Assembly: GCF_001194135.2 (NCBI RefSeq) | Contig: NC_068999.1 | Coordinates: 6,560,918-6,594,091, forward strand | Length of the DNA: 33,174 nt | From: Octopus bimaculoides | Taxonomy: Eukaryota | Reading direction: 5' to 3' | Shown: one piece after another, positions 1 to 9,810 of the stretch | Layout of the letters: the number at the start of each line of letters is the position of its first letter | Numbering within the stretch: position 1 is the stretch's first letter | Notes under the pieces: generated by a model | Seen by the model: only the letters and a program-made list of their open reading frames with translations | What the model was told of the DNA's origin: nothing | Database searches by the model: none | Translations under genes and position numbers: made by a program

Positions 1-52
<52 letters not shown>

Positions 53-68
53 CATGTATGTATGTATA
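1..68. repeat. (TA)n then (TATG)n microsatellite
   Basis: Seen directly in the sequence. Confidence 0.97.
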
Positions 69-429
69 CACTATACATGCTAACATACGTGCATATATGC
101 TTACGTTTGCATATATCAATTTAGCATGTCAAAGAAACGCTGGTGACATATTCCATGAATATTTCAAACATCTTGATTGCAATGGCCGCCACTAAGTACG
201 AAAATTGTGTTAGACATCGCAACTGGAATATCTTTCATCACCGGCAGATTTTAACTTGATGCCAACCGATATAATTACGATGCACTGTCTTCGTGTGTTC
301 TATAAAAAGTGATCTGTAGGGAATGGAAATATGGGCCCAGAGCGAAATAGTTGTGGAGTGCAGTTCATGCTCTGAAATATTCATGTACAACGAATAAATG
401 TGTGTATGCATGTGTGTGTATGTGTGTGT

Positions 430-470
<41 letters not shown>

Positions 471-982
471 ATGTGTGTAAATTTGTCTGTGTGTCTTTTT
501 GTTAGTGTGTGCGTGAGTGGTGCATTGAGTGTTTGTACTTGTATGCGGGTTTGTGAGCATATATNNNNNNNNNNNNNNNNNNNNNNNNNNNNNNNNNNNN
601 NNNNNNNNNNNNNNNNNNNNNNNNNNNNNNNNNNNNNNNNNNNNNNNNNNNNNNNNNNNNNNNNNNNNNNNNNNNNNNNNNNNNNNNNNNNNNNNNNNNN
701 NNNNNNNNNNNNNNNNNNNNNNNNNNNNNNNNNNNNNNNNNNNNNNNNNNNNNNNNNNNNNNNNNNNNNNNNNNNNNNNNNNNNNNNNNNNNNNNNNNNN
801 NNNNNNNNNNNNNNNNNNNNNNNNNNNNNNNNNNNNNNNNNNNNNNNNNNNNNNNNNNNNNNNNNNNNNNNNNNNNNNNNNNNNNNNNNNNNNNNNNNNN
901 NNNNNNNNNNNNNNNNNNNNNNNNNNNNNNNNNNNNNNNNNNNNNNNNNNNNNNNNNNNNNNNNNNNNNNNNNNNNNNNNNN

Positions 983-1212
<230 letters not shown>

Positions 1213-1843
1213 ACCAACGTATGTCGAACCAACAACAAGTACTCCATCTAGTGAGAAATAAATATCAATTCTATGCACAGCTGAAAGAGTTGCTAAAAAT
1301 TTCGCCCTTTTATGATCCTTTAACTTATATATCTCCAAACAATCTTTCAGGCCCTGTTTGTGCGTGAGATGTATTTTAAAAGCATTAATTGTTGTTTCTG
1401 CAATCTTGGAGGACGTGGGTCTTGGTTTTGTTGCTTTCGTTTCTTTCTTCTCGTTCCGTTTTCTGCATCAACCTTTGCGGTTTTCTTCTGTTTTGTTTTT
1501 GTCTCTTGTTTTTTCTTGTTTTTTTTTTTCGTATTTGCGCATTGTGCAGCGTTCTCGCTTTTAGAATGTATGTAACGCACAAACAGTGCCTGATAGATTG
1601 CTTGGAGATACATGGCGTATTTTATAAATATGTTCAGTTAAAGTATCATAAATGGCTGAAACCAATAACAGCTCTTCCGGTTATGTCTTAAATTGATGTG
1701 TGTATATGTGTGTGTGTGCATGCATGTATGTGCGAGTGTTTGTGTTTGTGTGTGTGTGTGAGTGTATGTGTATGTGTGTGTGTGTGTGCGTGCGTGTTTC
1801 TGCATGTGTGTGTAAGCATTTGTGTGTGTGTGTCTGTGTGTGT

Positions 1844-2052
1844 GTTAGCACGTTAGCACGCCGGGCGAAATGCTTAGCGGTATTTCGTCTGTCTTTGCTT
1901 TCTGAGTTCAAATTCTGCCGAGGTCGACTTTGCCTTTCATCCTTTCGGGGGTCGATAAATTAAGTACCAGTTGCATACTGGGGTCTATCTTATCGACTGG
2001 TCCCCTCCCCCCAAAATTTCGGGCTTTGTGCCTAGAGTAGAAAAGAATAATA
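1844..2052 (+). mobile_element. tRNA-derived SINE, family 1 (Meta-domain-like core, tail type A), head slightly truncated
   Basis: Head gttagcacgccgggcgaaatgcttagcgg, B-box-like gagttcaaattc, core gtcgactttgcctttcatcctttcgggggtcgataaattaagtaccagt, tail gtgcctagagtagaaaagaat. Reverse-complement copies lie at 8963-9175 and 20283-20840. The Meta-domain label is recalled, not searched. Confidence 0.9.
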
Positions 2053-2109
2053 GCCGATCTAAAGGTATGTTGGTTGGTTGGTTGGTTTTTCAGTCACGCT
2101 TTACTATTT

Positions 2110-2605
2110 CTAGATTTAAGTGCAGATTTTTTGGAAACTACTGACAGATGCAAGTCCTACCAGTTGAAAGCTCCGCATACCGGATGCTGGCAAATTGATA
2201 GGCTTATCAGGAGAGAATGTGCGCCGTTTCGGGGCCTTCCTCTCAACGACGTTAAGGCGCACCAACCACCACCACCACCATCACCACCGCACGCAAATGA
2301 GGCCCCGCTTGCTAGGTTTCGCACAATATTCTTCCAGCCATTGCTCATCTTTGATTTTTAACCAAATCCAGTGGCTTGCCTTCTCCACTGTAGTCTGGAT
2401 ATCACTCATAGTGGTACGTACTTTACGATGAGCTTGGCCTAGCGACAACCACAATAACCTCACGCTGTGTCCAATAACCCACAACAGCCAACTTCGATTG
2501 GGAAATACTCTGCTATCCAGCCTGCGTCTCCACATTCCGCGAAGTCCGAACAGGGTCCATCTTATTTTCATGGGGAACTATTAATTCAACTAAAACAGAC
2601 TCAGA
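2110..2605 (-). mobile_element. 5'-truncated, frameshifted 3' end of an R2-group (HERO-like) non-LTR retrotransposon with a restriction-like endonuclease
   Basis: Minus-strand translation over three frames gives VLVELIVPHENKMD, then ECGDAGWIAEYFPIEVGCCG, then IGHSVRLLWLSLG...TVEKASHWIWLKIKDEQW. This matches the ELTVPWE...GW...PVEVGCRG...AE.AS.WIWLKR C-terminal signature of RLE-type LINEs. The 3' UTR boundary is approximate. Confidence 0.85.
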
Positions 2606-3007
2606 AAATTAATATAAGAAATGATTGATGAATGTTCTATATCTTTCTGGGAAATAAACATTTCTTAATGAAATTTTGCTGATGGATTTACGGCGGCGTT
2701 GATTCTAATTACGTTGATAAAATTTAGAAGAATATCATATTTATTGCAATAAATGAATGAAAAATTTGATTTTTAATCTTATGTTCAGGTAACATACATT
2801 TTCAGCAAGCTCCGAGAAATCTGATAAAAGATAAATTATAATTAAATGATGTATATACGCCACGTTTCCTAATATTACCCATGGTAATAAATGTATACTT
2901 CCGAAGTTTAAGCATCATATGGGATAAGGCTTAGAAGTATAAAGTAAAATCTTTGTCAGCAGAACAGGTGATATCAGCTGAATCAATTATTTATGCATTT
3001 TGCAAGT

Positions 3008-3150
3008 GTATGTCCGAGCGATTAAGACGTTTGTCTCGCAATCATAAGGTCGTGGGTTCGATTCCTAGACCGAGAGAAACCTTGTCTTTGAAGAAGGCGT
3101 TTTATTTCATTTTGTTCCAGATTACTGAGGTTAAAAATGTGTACCAGCCT
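3008..3150 (+). mobile_element. Degenerate tRNA-derived SINE, family 4 (CORE-like)
   Basis: A-box-like tgtccgagcgattaag at 3011 and a perfect B box ggttcgattcc at 3055-3065, followed by a degenerate body (cttgtctttgaagaaggcgttttatttc). No complete acceptor stem. Confidence 0.65.
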
Positions 3151-3187
3151 ACTACCGGGACACCTCACTTTCCCTCTTCTTCTCCCG

Positions 3188-3188
<1 letters not shown>

Positions 3189-3242
<54 letters not shown>

Positions 3243-3260
3243 ACACACACACACACACGC
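3189..3260. repeat. (CT)n(CA)n compound microsatellite
   Basis: Seen directly in the sequence. Confidence 0.95.
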
Positions 3261-3318
3261 TTGACATTCATAAATATGCTTAGTTAAAGTATCATAAAAG
3301 CATGAAACTAGCAATAGA

Positions 3319-3368
3319 CGCTAAGCATTTTGCCCGGCGTGCTAACGTTTCTGCCCGCTCGCCACCTT
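3319..3368 (-). mobile_element. SINE family 1, 5' head fragment
   Basis: cgctaagcattttgcccggcgtgctaacgtttctgcccgctcgccacc matches the head of the full-length copy at 9130-9175. Confidence 0.85.
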
Positions 3369-3369
3369 T

Positions 3370-3548
3370 GGTTTCAAATTTTGCCGCAAGGGCAGCAATT
3401 TTTGAGGAAGGAATGAGTCGATTACATCGACCCCAGTGTTCGACTGGTATTTCTTTTATCCATCCCAAAAGCATGAAAACAAAGTCGACTTTGGCGGAAT
3501 TTAAACTCAGGATGTAAAAGACGGGCGGTATACAACTCAGCATGTTGC
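3370..3548 (-). mobile_element. SINE family 1, diverged copy
   Basis: gtcgattacatcgaccccagt...aaagtcgactttggcggaatttaaactcag aligns with the other family-1 copies. Confidence 0.85.
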
Positions 3549-4451
3549 TAATAATTATGCTAGCTTATCACTTTGATAATAGCAACAGCAAAAATTTTAG
3601 CAATATTAACATAAATAATAACAATAATAATAAAGTTCGTTTAAATTTTTTCATTTCACATTTCTTTTCCTACCCCTTGCCTGACAGGCATATCGCAGTG
3701 GCCATATTTAATTGTAGAGTAATCAGCATATTCACAACTTTAAATAATGAAATTCCCTTTACAAAACACAGAGATTATGTTTTAATCACTTCAGTTCATC
3801 AAATACATCCCTGGGGAATATATACAAGGGAAATCGTATTTTAGTAAATTAGTTAGAAGGTGGTAATGGCGAAGGAATTTAACTTATTACGTGTGTTAAT
3901 GTATTAACAGCATATATTGTGAAATACACACACGAACCCTCATATGTAGAACATATATATATATATANNNNNNNNNNNNNNNNNNNNNNNNNNNNNNNNN
4001 NNNNNNNNNNNNNNNNNNNNNNNNNNNNNNNNNNNNNNNNNNNNNNNNNNNNNNNNNNNNNNNNNNNNNNNNNNNNNNNNNNNNNNNNNNNNNNNNNNNN
4101 NNNNNNNNNNNNNNNNNNNNNNNNNNNNNNNNNNNNNNNNNNNNNNNNNNNNNNNNNNNNNNNNNNNNNNNNNNNNNNNNNNNNNNNNNNNNNNNNNNNN
4201 NNNNNNNNNNNNNNNNNNNNNNNNNNNNNNNNNNNNNNNNNNNNNNNNNNNNNNNNNNNNNNNNNNNNNNNNNNNNNNNNNNNNNNNNNNNNNNNNNNNN
4301 NNNNNNNNNNNNNNNNNNNNNNNNNNNNNNNNNNNNNNNNNNNNNNNNNNNNNNNNNNNNNNNNNNNNNNNNNNNNNACACACATATATGCCTGAGTAAA
4401 TATATAAATATATGTATGCATCTTTATTATTTGTATGTATGTATATATATA

Positions 4452-4482
<31 letters not shown>

Positions 4483-4940
4483 ACGTGTGCATGTATGTAT
4501 GTATATATGTGTGGGGGGGTGTACGTGTATGTGCATATGTATGTATATCTACAGTTCATATTTAAGTACGACAATGTACACTACACACCATCACCAATTT
4601 TAACTGCATTCTCCTTTTAGCTTCACCTTTTGTTTCTTGTTTATTTATTTCTTCAGAATATGAGAATTTAACACTTAAAACGTTTGACTATTCCAAACCA
4701 ATAAATATCCCAACTTTGAGTTTTTATTAATTTTTCAAAGCTTTTCTCTCTATGGTCGGATTTTCACACAGCAATGACCACATCTACCGAACTTCGTTTA
4801 GTACGATATATCACATTGTGTTTACCCATGGTGAAAAATCATTTATATTTGAACTCTTCTGTTAAAAAGAGAAAGAAAAGGAAGAGCCTATGAGTCGCCA
4901 TGTTGTCGCTTGAGGGAAACACTAATAAACTTTTATACTG

Positions 4941-5243
4941 TAGACCTGAAATTGTGAGCAAGGGGACCAGTGCGTAACTGGTACTTAATTTACATTATTT
5001 ACATCATTTACATTTTACGGATATATGTCCTCATCTTGTCTGTTGAGGACAAACATCCGTCAAATCTAAAGATTAGGACAAATATCCGTCAAATGTAAAT
5101 GATGTAAATAATGTACATAACTCCTCATCTCTTAAATATAGAACTAGTACTTGATTTATCGACCCAGAAAGGATGGAAGGGAAAGTCGGCAGCGGCGCAA
5201 TTTGAACTCAGAACGTAGCGATGGGCGAAATACTGCTAATACT
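4941..5243 (-). mobile_element. SINE family 1 copy interrupted by a fold-back insertion
   Basis: Left part ggggaccagtgcgtaactggtacttaattt (4962-4991) resumes at 5142 as aactagtacttgatttatcgacccagaaaggatgg...tttgaactcagaacgt. Confidence 0.85.
4991..5145. mobile_element. Fold-back insertion with 40-bp inverted arms (Penelope-like terminus or MITE)
   Basis: 4991-5030 matches the reverse complement of 5076-5115 at 38/40. The right arm has an unpaired 30-nt extension. The class assignment is inference. Confidence 0.7.
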
Positions 5244-5495
5244 GTGGTGGTGGTGGTGGTGGTGGTGGTGATGGTGGACGTCGCGATGACGATACAGTTG
5301 ATGACTTTTATGGTGATGATAATGCTAATGATTGCACCGTCGACGACGATGATAATGATTGTCATTGTGGAGTGGGGCGGCGAGTTGATTGCGATGGTAA
5401 CGATTATGATGATGATGATGGTCATGAGGAGGAGGAAGAGGAAGAAGAAGAAGAAGAAGAAGAAGAAGAAGAAGAAGAAGAAGAAGAAAGAAAAA

Positions 5496-5575
<80 letters not shown>
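5244..5575. repeat. Compound microsatellite: (GGT)n, degenerate (GAT/GAC)n, (GAG), (GAA)n, (GAAA)n
   Basis: Seen directly; it explains ORFs 5151..5762, 5156..5611, 5325..5636 and 5372..5581. Confidence 0.95.
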
Positions 5576-6720
5576 ATATGAAGGTGAACGAATAAAATAT
5601 AGAGGAAACATCTCTCAGAGACGCTGTCACGTTCATCTTCTACCGAATTTTTTTTCTTCTTCTCTAGCAGACGACATACAAGAAAATCTTATCGAATACT
5701 GCATTAAGTTTGGAGTTTCATATCACAATGGCTGCCGTCTTGAAGATATTCCTGTTCATTGATAGAAGTCTCCTTTAGTCCAGCGTTATATAATAAATAA
5801 CCTAGATTCTCTAGCGTGCGTATGTCTATCTCAAATTCCAAACACGCTAAACTTATCTTCCACTATCGACATCACGGATACCACCAGCGCCACCTACGCT
5901 ACACAGTCTGCTGTCATCTTATTTCTGATTGAGTATCAGAACCAATTAAAAGGTTTCCATACTTAACGAAATACTGTGGTTATCCCTTATCGAATCCGAA
6001 AAACTCTTCATGTGTTGCTTGTTTCGCTCCTTTCCTCTTTCTAGTCTTACTGTTATTTATTACAAGTACGCTATTTCGAAACGTGAAATCAAAATCAGAT
6101 TAACTTGTCTTCGGTCTGTGTTTTCTTTCTTTGAACTTTGAACAATATTCATCAAGTTTTCTTTTGAATTTATGTATCGTGTCTCGCTGTTTATAGTTAA
6201 CATTGTAACATCGTTCCACACTGATGTGTGTGTGTGTGTNNNNNNNNNNNNNNNNNNNNNNNNNNNNNNNNNNNNNNNNNNNNNNNNNNNNNNNNNNNNN
6301 NNNNNNNNNNNNNNNNNNNNNNNNNNNNNNNNNNNNNNNNNNNNNNNNNNNNNNNNNNNNNNNNNNNNNNNNNNNNNNNNNNNNNNNNNNNNNNNNNNNN
6401 NNNNNNNNNNNNNNNNNNNNNNNNNNNNNNNNNNNNNNNNNNNNNNNNNNNNNNNNNNNNNNNNNNNNNNNNNNNNNNNNNNNNNNNNNNNNNNNNNNNN
6501 NNNNNNNNNNNNNNNNNNNNNNNNNNNNNNNNNNNNNNNNNNNNNNNNNNNNNNNNNNNNNNNNNNNNNNNNNNNNNNNNNNNNNNNNNNNNNNNNNNNN
6601 NNNNNNNNNNNNNNNNNNNNNNNNNNNNNNNNNNNNNATATATATATATATTTATGTATATATATATGTATATACAAATATATATATATATACATATACG
6701 TATGTATGTATATATATGTG

Positions 6721-6793
<73 letters not shown>

Positions 6794-7007
6794 ATGTATG
6801 TGTACTCATATATATATGTATGTGAATATATGTATGCGCACACATTTTGCCTACATAGGCATACACGAACACACACACACACATACACACACACACACGC
6901 ACATCCATATACATACACGTATTGCTTAGTGTTTGGAGAAGGTCAGTTGACTTCGTAGTTTTCGTCTCGAGTTACTATCTTTCTCGTTTCTTCCTCCTCT
7001 TCTTTAG

Positions 7008-7038
7008 TTTTGTTTCATTTTCACGAGAGCCGTGTTTT
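7008..7038 (+). CDS. Candidate exon A1 (phase 2 to 0; FVSFSREPCF) of an unidentified gene
   Basis: Long pyrimidine tract ctttctcgtttcttcctcctcttctttag, donor gtaagc; joins A2 in frame across a 141-nt intron. No homology evidence. Confidence 0.4.
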
Positions 7039-7066
7039 GTAAGCAATGCTATTATATTCGTGCTTT

Positions 7067-7068
<2 letters not shown>

Positions 7069-7126
<58 letters not shown>
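7069..7126. repeat. (AAT)n microsatellite
   Basis: Seen directly; lies in the putative A1-A2 intron. Confidence 0.97.
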
Positions 7127-7127
<1 letters not shown>

Positions 7128-7179
7128 GTTAATTTAGTGAGAGCTGCATTGAATTTACATCGATTTTCATTCACGTCAG

Positions 7180-7257
7180 AACGAACAAATTTTGAACATA
7201 CCTGAACAAGATCCAATTATGACTGGAGTGTGTTTAGATTATTCAAAATATATTAAG
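7180..7257 (+). CDS. Candidate exon A2 (phase 0 to 0; NEQILNIPEQDPIMTGVCLDYSKYIK)
   Basis: Acceptor ttttcattcacgtcag, donor AAG|gtttga, 78 nt open, non-repetitive; in frame with A3. Confidence 0.5.
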
Positions 7258-7354
7258 GTTTGACAGTTGTTCGTTGTTTGATGAGTGGCTCTAAATCTCC
7301 TACGGAACGCGGGTCTTGATCAAGGAACCGACACCTATTTACAATGAAGGGTAA

Positions 7355-7490
7355 GTATGGCTTAGGAGTTAAGAAGTTTGTTTTGCACATGGTGTGATGT
7401 TGGGTTCGATGTTTCTTACTTCGCTCTGCGCTGTCTCGGGAGTTTGTCTCCTCTAAGAAAGCTTTGTGGGTGAAAACTGGTTAAAGGATG
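7355..7490 (+). mobile_element. Possible highly decayed CORE-like SINE remnant
   Basis: ggcttaggagttaagaagtttg...gggttcgatg...aagctttgtgggtgaaaactggt loosely parallels the family-2 head at 31092-31230. Confidence 0.35.
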
Positions 7491-7537
7491 GATTGTGTCA
7501 ATCGTATACAAGCAAAGAACACTTCTCTATATATCTT

Positions 7538-7565
7538 AATAATAATAATGATAATAATAATAATG

Positions 7566-7620
<55 letters not shown>

Positions 7621-7624
7621 TAAC
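7538..7624. repeat. (AAT)n microsatellite with GAT interruptions
   Basis: Seen directly in the sequence. Confidence 0.97.
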
Positions 7625-7764
7625 ACCTTTATGAGTATTTATTTTGAATATTTACTCATTCTTTTATATATATATTATACACTGGAATTGTTTTGAATTT
7701 GGTGCGGGACTATTATTCAGACCGTAACAGATTACAACAAGGTGAGATGGATTTTTCATTTTAG

Positions 7765-7825
7765 GTACGGCGAGACCTGCTGAGGAGAATTAAGGCCCTA
7801 GCCAGAATTCTAAATCGTGATCCAG
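7765..7825 (+). CDS. Candidate exon A3 (phase 0 to 1; VRRDLLRRIKALARILNRDP)
   Basis: Acceptor atttttcattttag|G, strong donor CAG|gtatgt, GC-richer than its flanks, amphipathic helix-like peptide. Confidence 0.6.
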
Positions 7826-8560
7826 GTATGTCTGTTACTTTAATTTACTGCTTGTTAGCAGAGCAAACATGTTAAATTCCACTCGTTTGTCCGATTTCTA
7901 TTGGCCCGTCACATATTTTCAGTAAGGTCGGTGGTTAAGTTGGGCGGAGTCGGTTACTTCCACTCATCCAGCGAGATCGAAACCTCGACAAAATTATTAC
8001 TGAAACTCCATCATCACGAAACTCATTTTGTAGTCACCGCTTTGAAATACTAAAAACTTTTTCACAAACACACAGCAAAAACACTGACATACTTCCAAAC
8101 TTAGCAAACACACACACACACACACACTTGCTTGAGAATCACACGCACGCACACACACACACACATACGCACACATACACACACTAAAATACATTCTCAC
8201 GCATACACACATAGTTACTATCGGTTAACCAATGGTTGCTGCAAATGGCGAGCACCAAATGCTTCGTTCTGGCGATAACTGTCGTGTGATGACGTGTAAT
8301 GTTGTGTCACAGAAGATGATCTTTATAGCATGAAATGTGTTTAATGTAGCAATTTGGTTTTACATTGGTGTTTGAGCAGTCTGTTTAATGTTGCAATTTG
8401 TTTAATGTGGCATTGGTATATGAAGGAATGTGTAAGCTGAAAGTTTCCCCCCTTTTCTTTCAACACGACAGCTAGACACCAACGTATACACATGGAACAG
8501 ACATGCGCACTTCTCAACACATAGAGAAACACTTGCATGCATACTGTTACGTAAATAGTT

Positions 8561-8716
8561 GAAGAGAGAAAGAGAAGAGAGAGAAAGAGAAGAGAGAGAA
8601 AGAGAAGAGAGAGAAAGAGAAGAGAGAGAAAGAGAAGAGAGAGAAAGAGAAGAGAGAGAAAGAGAAGAGAGAGAAAGAGAAGAGAGAGAAAGAGAAGAGA
8701 GAGAAAGAGAGAGAAA
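8561..8716. repeat. Near-perfect 15-bp tandem repeat (GAGAAAGAGAAGAGA)n, about 10 units, purine-only
   Basis: Seen directly; gives the REERE periodicity of ORF 8559..8798. Confidence 0.95.
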
Positions 8717-8821
8717 AAGTGAGTGGGGGGCAGACGGACAGAGAATTATACAGAACGGTGAGCGGCTGAACTGTATTCAAATACACACAGGTATATAAAG
8801 CTATAATTTCTTACCTATATA

Positions 8822-8838
8822 CCGATAATTTTATATTA

Positions 8839-8870
<32 letters not shown>

Positions 8871-8963
8871 ACTACTACTACTACTACTGCTGTTACTACT
8901 ACTATAACTAATACTACTATTACAACAACCACTACTACTAATATTAATAATAATAACAATAAT
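8822..8963. repeat. Compound (ACT)n/(GCT)n/(AAT)n microsatellite abutting a SINE tail
   Basis: Seen directly in the sequence. Confidence 0.9.
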
Positions 8964-9175
8964 CCTTTCTTCTAAAGCACAAGGCCAAAATTTGGGGAGA
9001 GGGGACTGGTCGATTACATCGACCACAGTGTTTCACTGGTACTTAATTTATCGACTCTGATAGGAGGAAAAAAGCAAAGTCGACCTGAGCGGAATTTGAA
9101 CTCAGATTGTGAAGACGGACGAAAAGTTACTAAGCATTGTGCCTGACGTGCTAACGATTCTGCCAGCACGCCGCC
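8963..9175 (-). mobile_element. Full-length SINE family 1 copy (tail type A)
   Basis: On the minus strand: head ggcggcgtgctggcagaatcgttagcacg, B-box-like gagttcaaattcc, core, then tail ccttgtgctttagaagaaagg running into (ATT)n. Confidence 0.92.
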
Positions 9176-9189
9176 TTTACAACAGCAAC

Positions 9190-9222
<33 letters not shown>

Positions 9223-9242
9223 TGTGGGAAAATTACATCGGT

Positions 9243-9588
9243 ATTAGGTGAGAGAGCAGTGCATGCCATCAAAGTAACACTGGGGTACAAATATACGAAG
9301 TCCAATATACCCATCATGACTACTCGTCTGATATGGGTACACCAGGCGCATGCATCATAGCCATACTTGCGCAACATGGGGATCCCATATCAAGATAAAC
9401 AGCGCATGACCTTGCAGGTGGGGCCCAGTTAGAATTTTCTTCAGGTTGAGTAGCCCATCCCGCTCAAAAGGTCCCTGAATAAGGGCTGTTTGAGTACGAT
9501 AAACGAAACACCTATGTTTCCAAGGGTGAATTATTCAAGCCGCAAAGAATTCCCACCAACACATGGCTCTGATGCTCCCCCACCACTA
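9243..9588 (-). mobile_element. Interspersed retroposon fragment (family not assigned)
   Basis: GC-richer block (gggcccagttagaattttcttcagg...agtagcccatcccgctcaaaaggtccctgaataaggg) that I recall as a high-copy octopus repeat. It ends close to an (AAT)n tract. No second copy in this window, so support is recall only. Confidence 0.5.
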
Positions 9589-9697
9589 AACCCGTATGCA
9601 TGGCCGACAGATGGTCTTCCATAAACAACCTTGCCCGGACATGTTACTCGGAGAACTTTCTAGATGCAATCCTATAGTCATTCGTGAGTGAAGGGTC

Positions 9698-9726
9698 TCT
9701 CTCACTCTCTCACTCTCACTCTCTCA

Positions 9727-9777
<51 letters not shown>

Positions 9778-9810
9778 GGTCTCTCTCCCTCTCTCTCTCT
9801 CTATCTCTGT
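9698..9810. repeat. (CT)n polypyrimidine microsatellite
   Basis: Seen directly in the sequence. Confidence 0.95.

Noticed and set aside
1380-1565. K/R-rich minus-strand ORFs; possible repeat related to 24200-24500
   Set aside because: Low-complexity T-rich tract. I could not align it convincingly to any other part of the window.
2074-2361. Plus-strand ORF after ttttactatttctag
   Set aside because: It is the antisense of the LINE relic's 3' region, including a (CCA)n tract.
3005-3075. tRNA gene (perfect B box GGTTCGATTCC)
   Set aside because: No pairing acceptor stem or clean cloverleaf, and the sequence continues into a SINE-like body.
5668-5762. Exon after the strong acceptor ttttttcttcttctctagcag (DDIQENLIEYCIKFGVSYHNGCRLEDIPVH-stop)
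   Set aside because: No convincing donor or polyA signal and no phase link to exon A1. It remains possible but is unsupported.
7721-7764. 21-nt exon plus 23-nt intron (gtgaga...ttttag) before A3
   Set aside because: A 23-nt intron is too short for normal spliceosomal removal, and read-through hits TAG.
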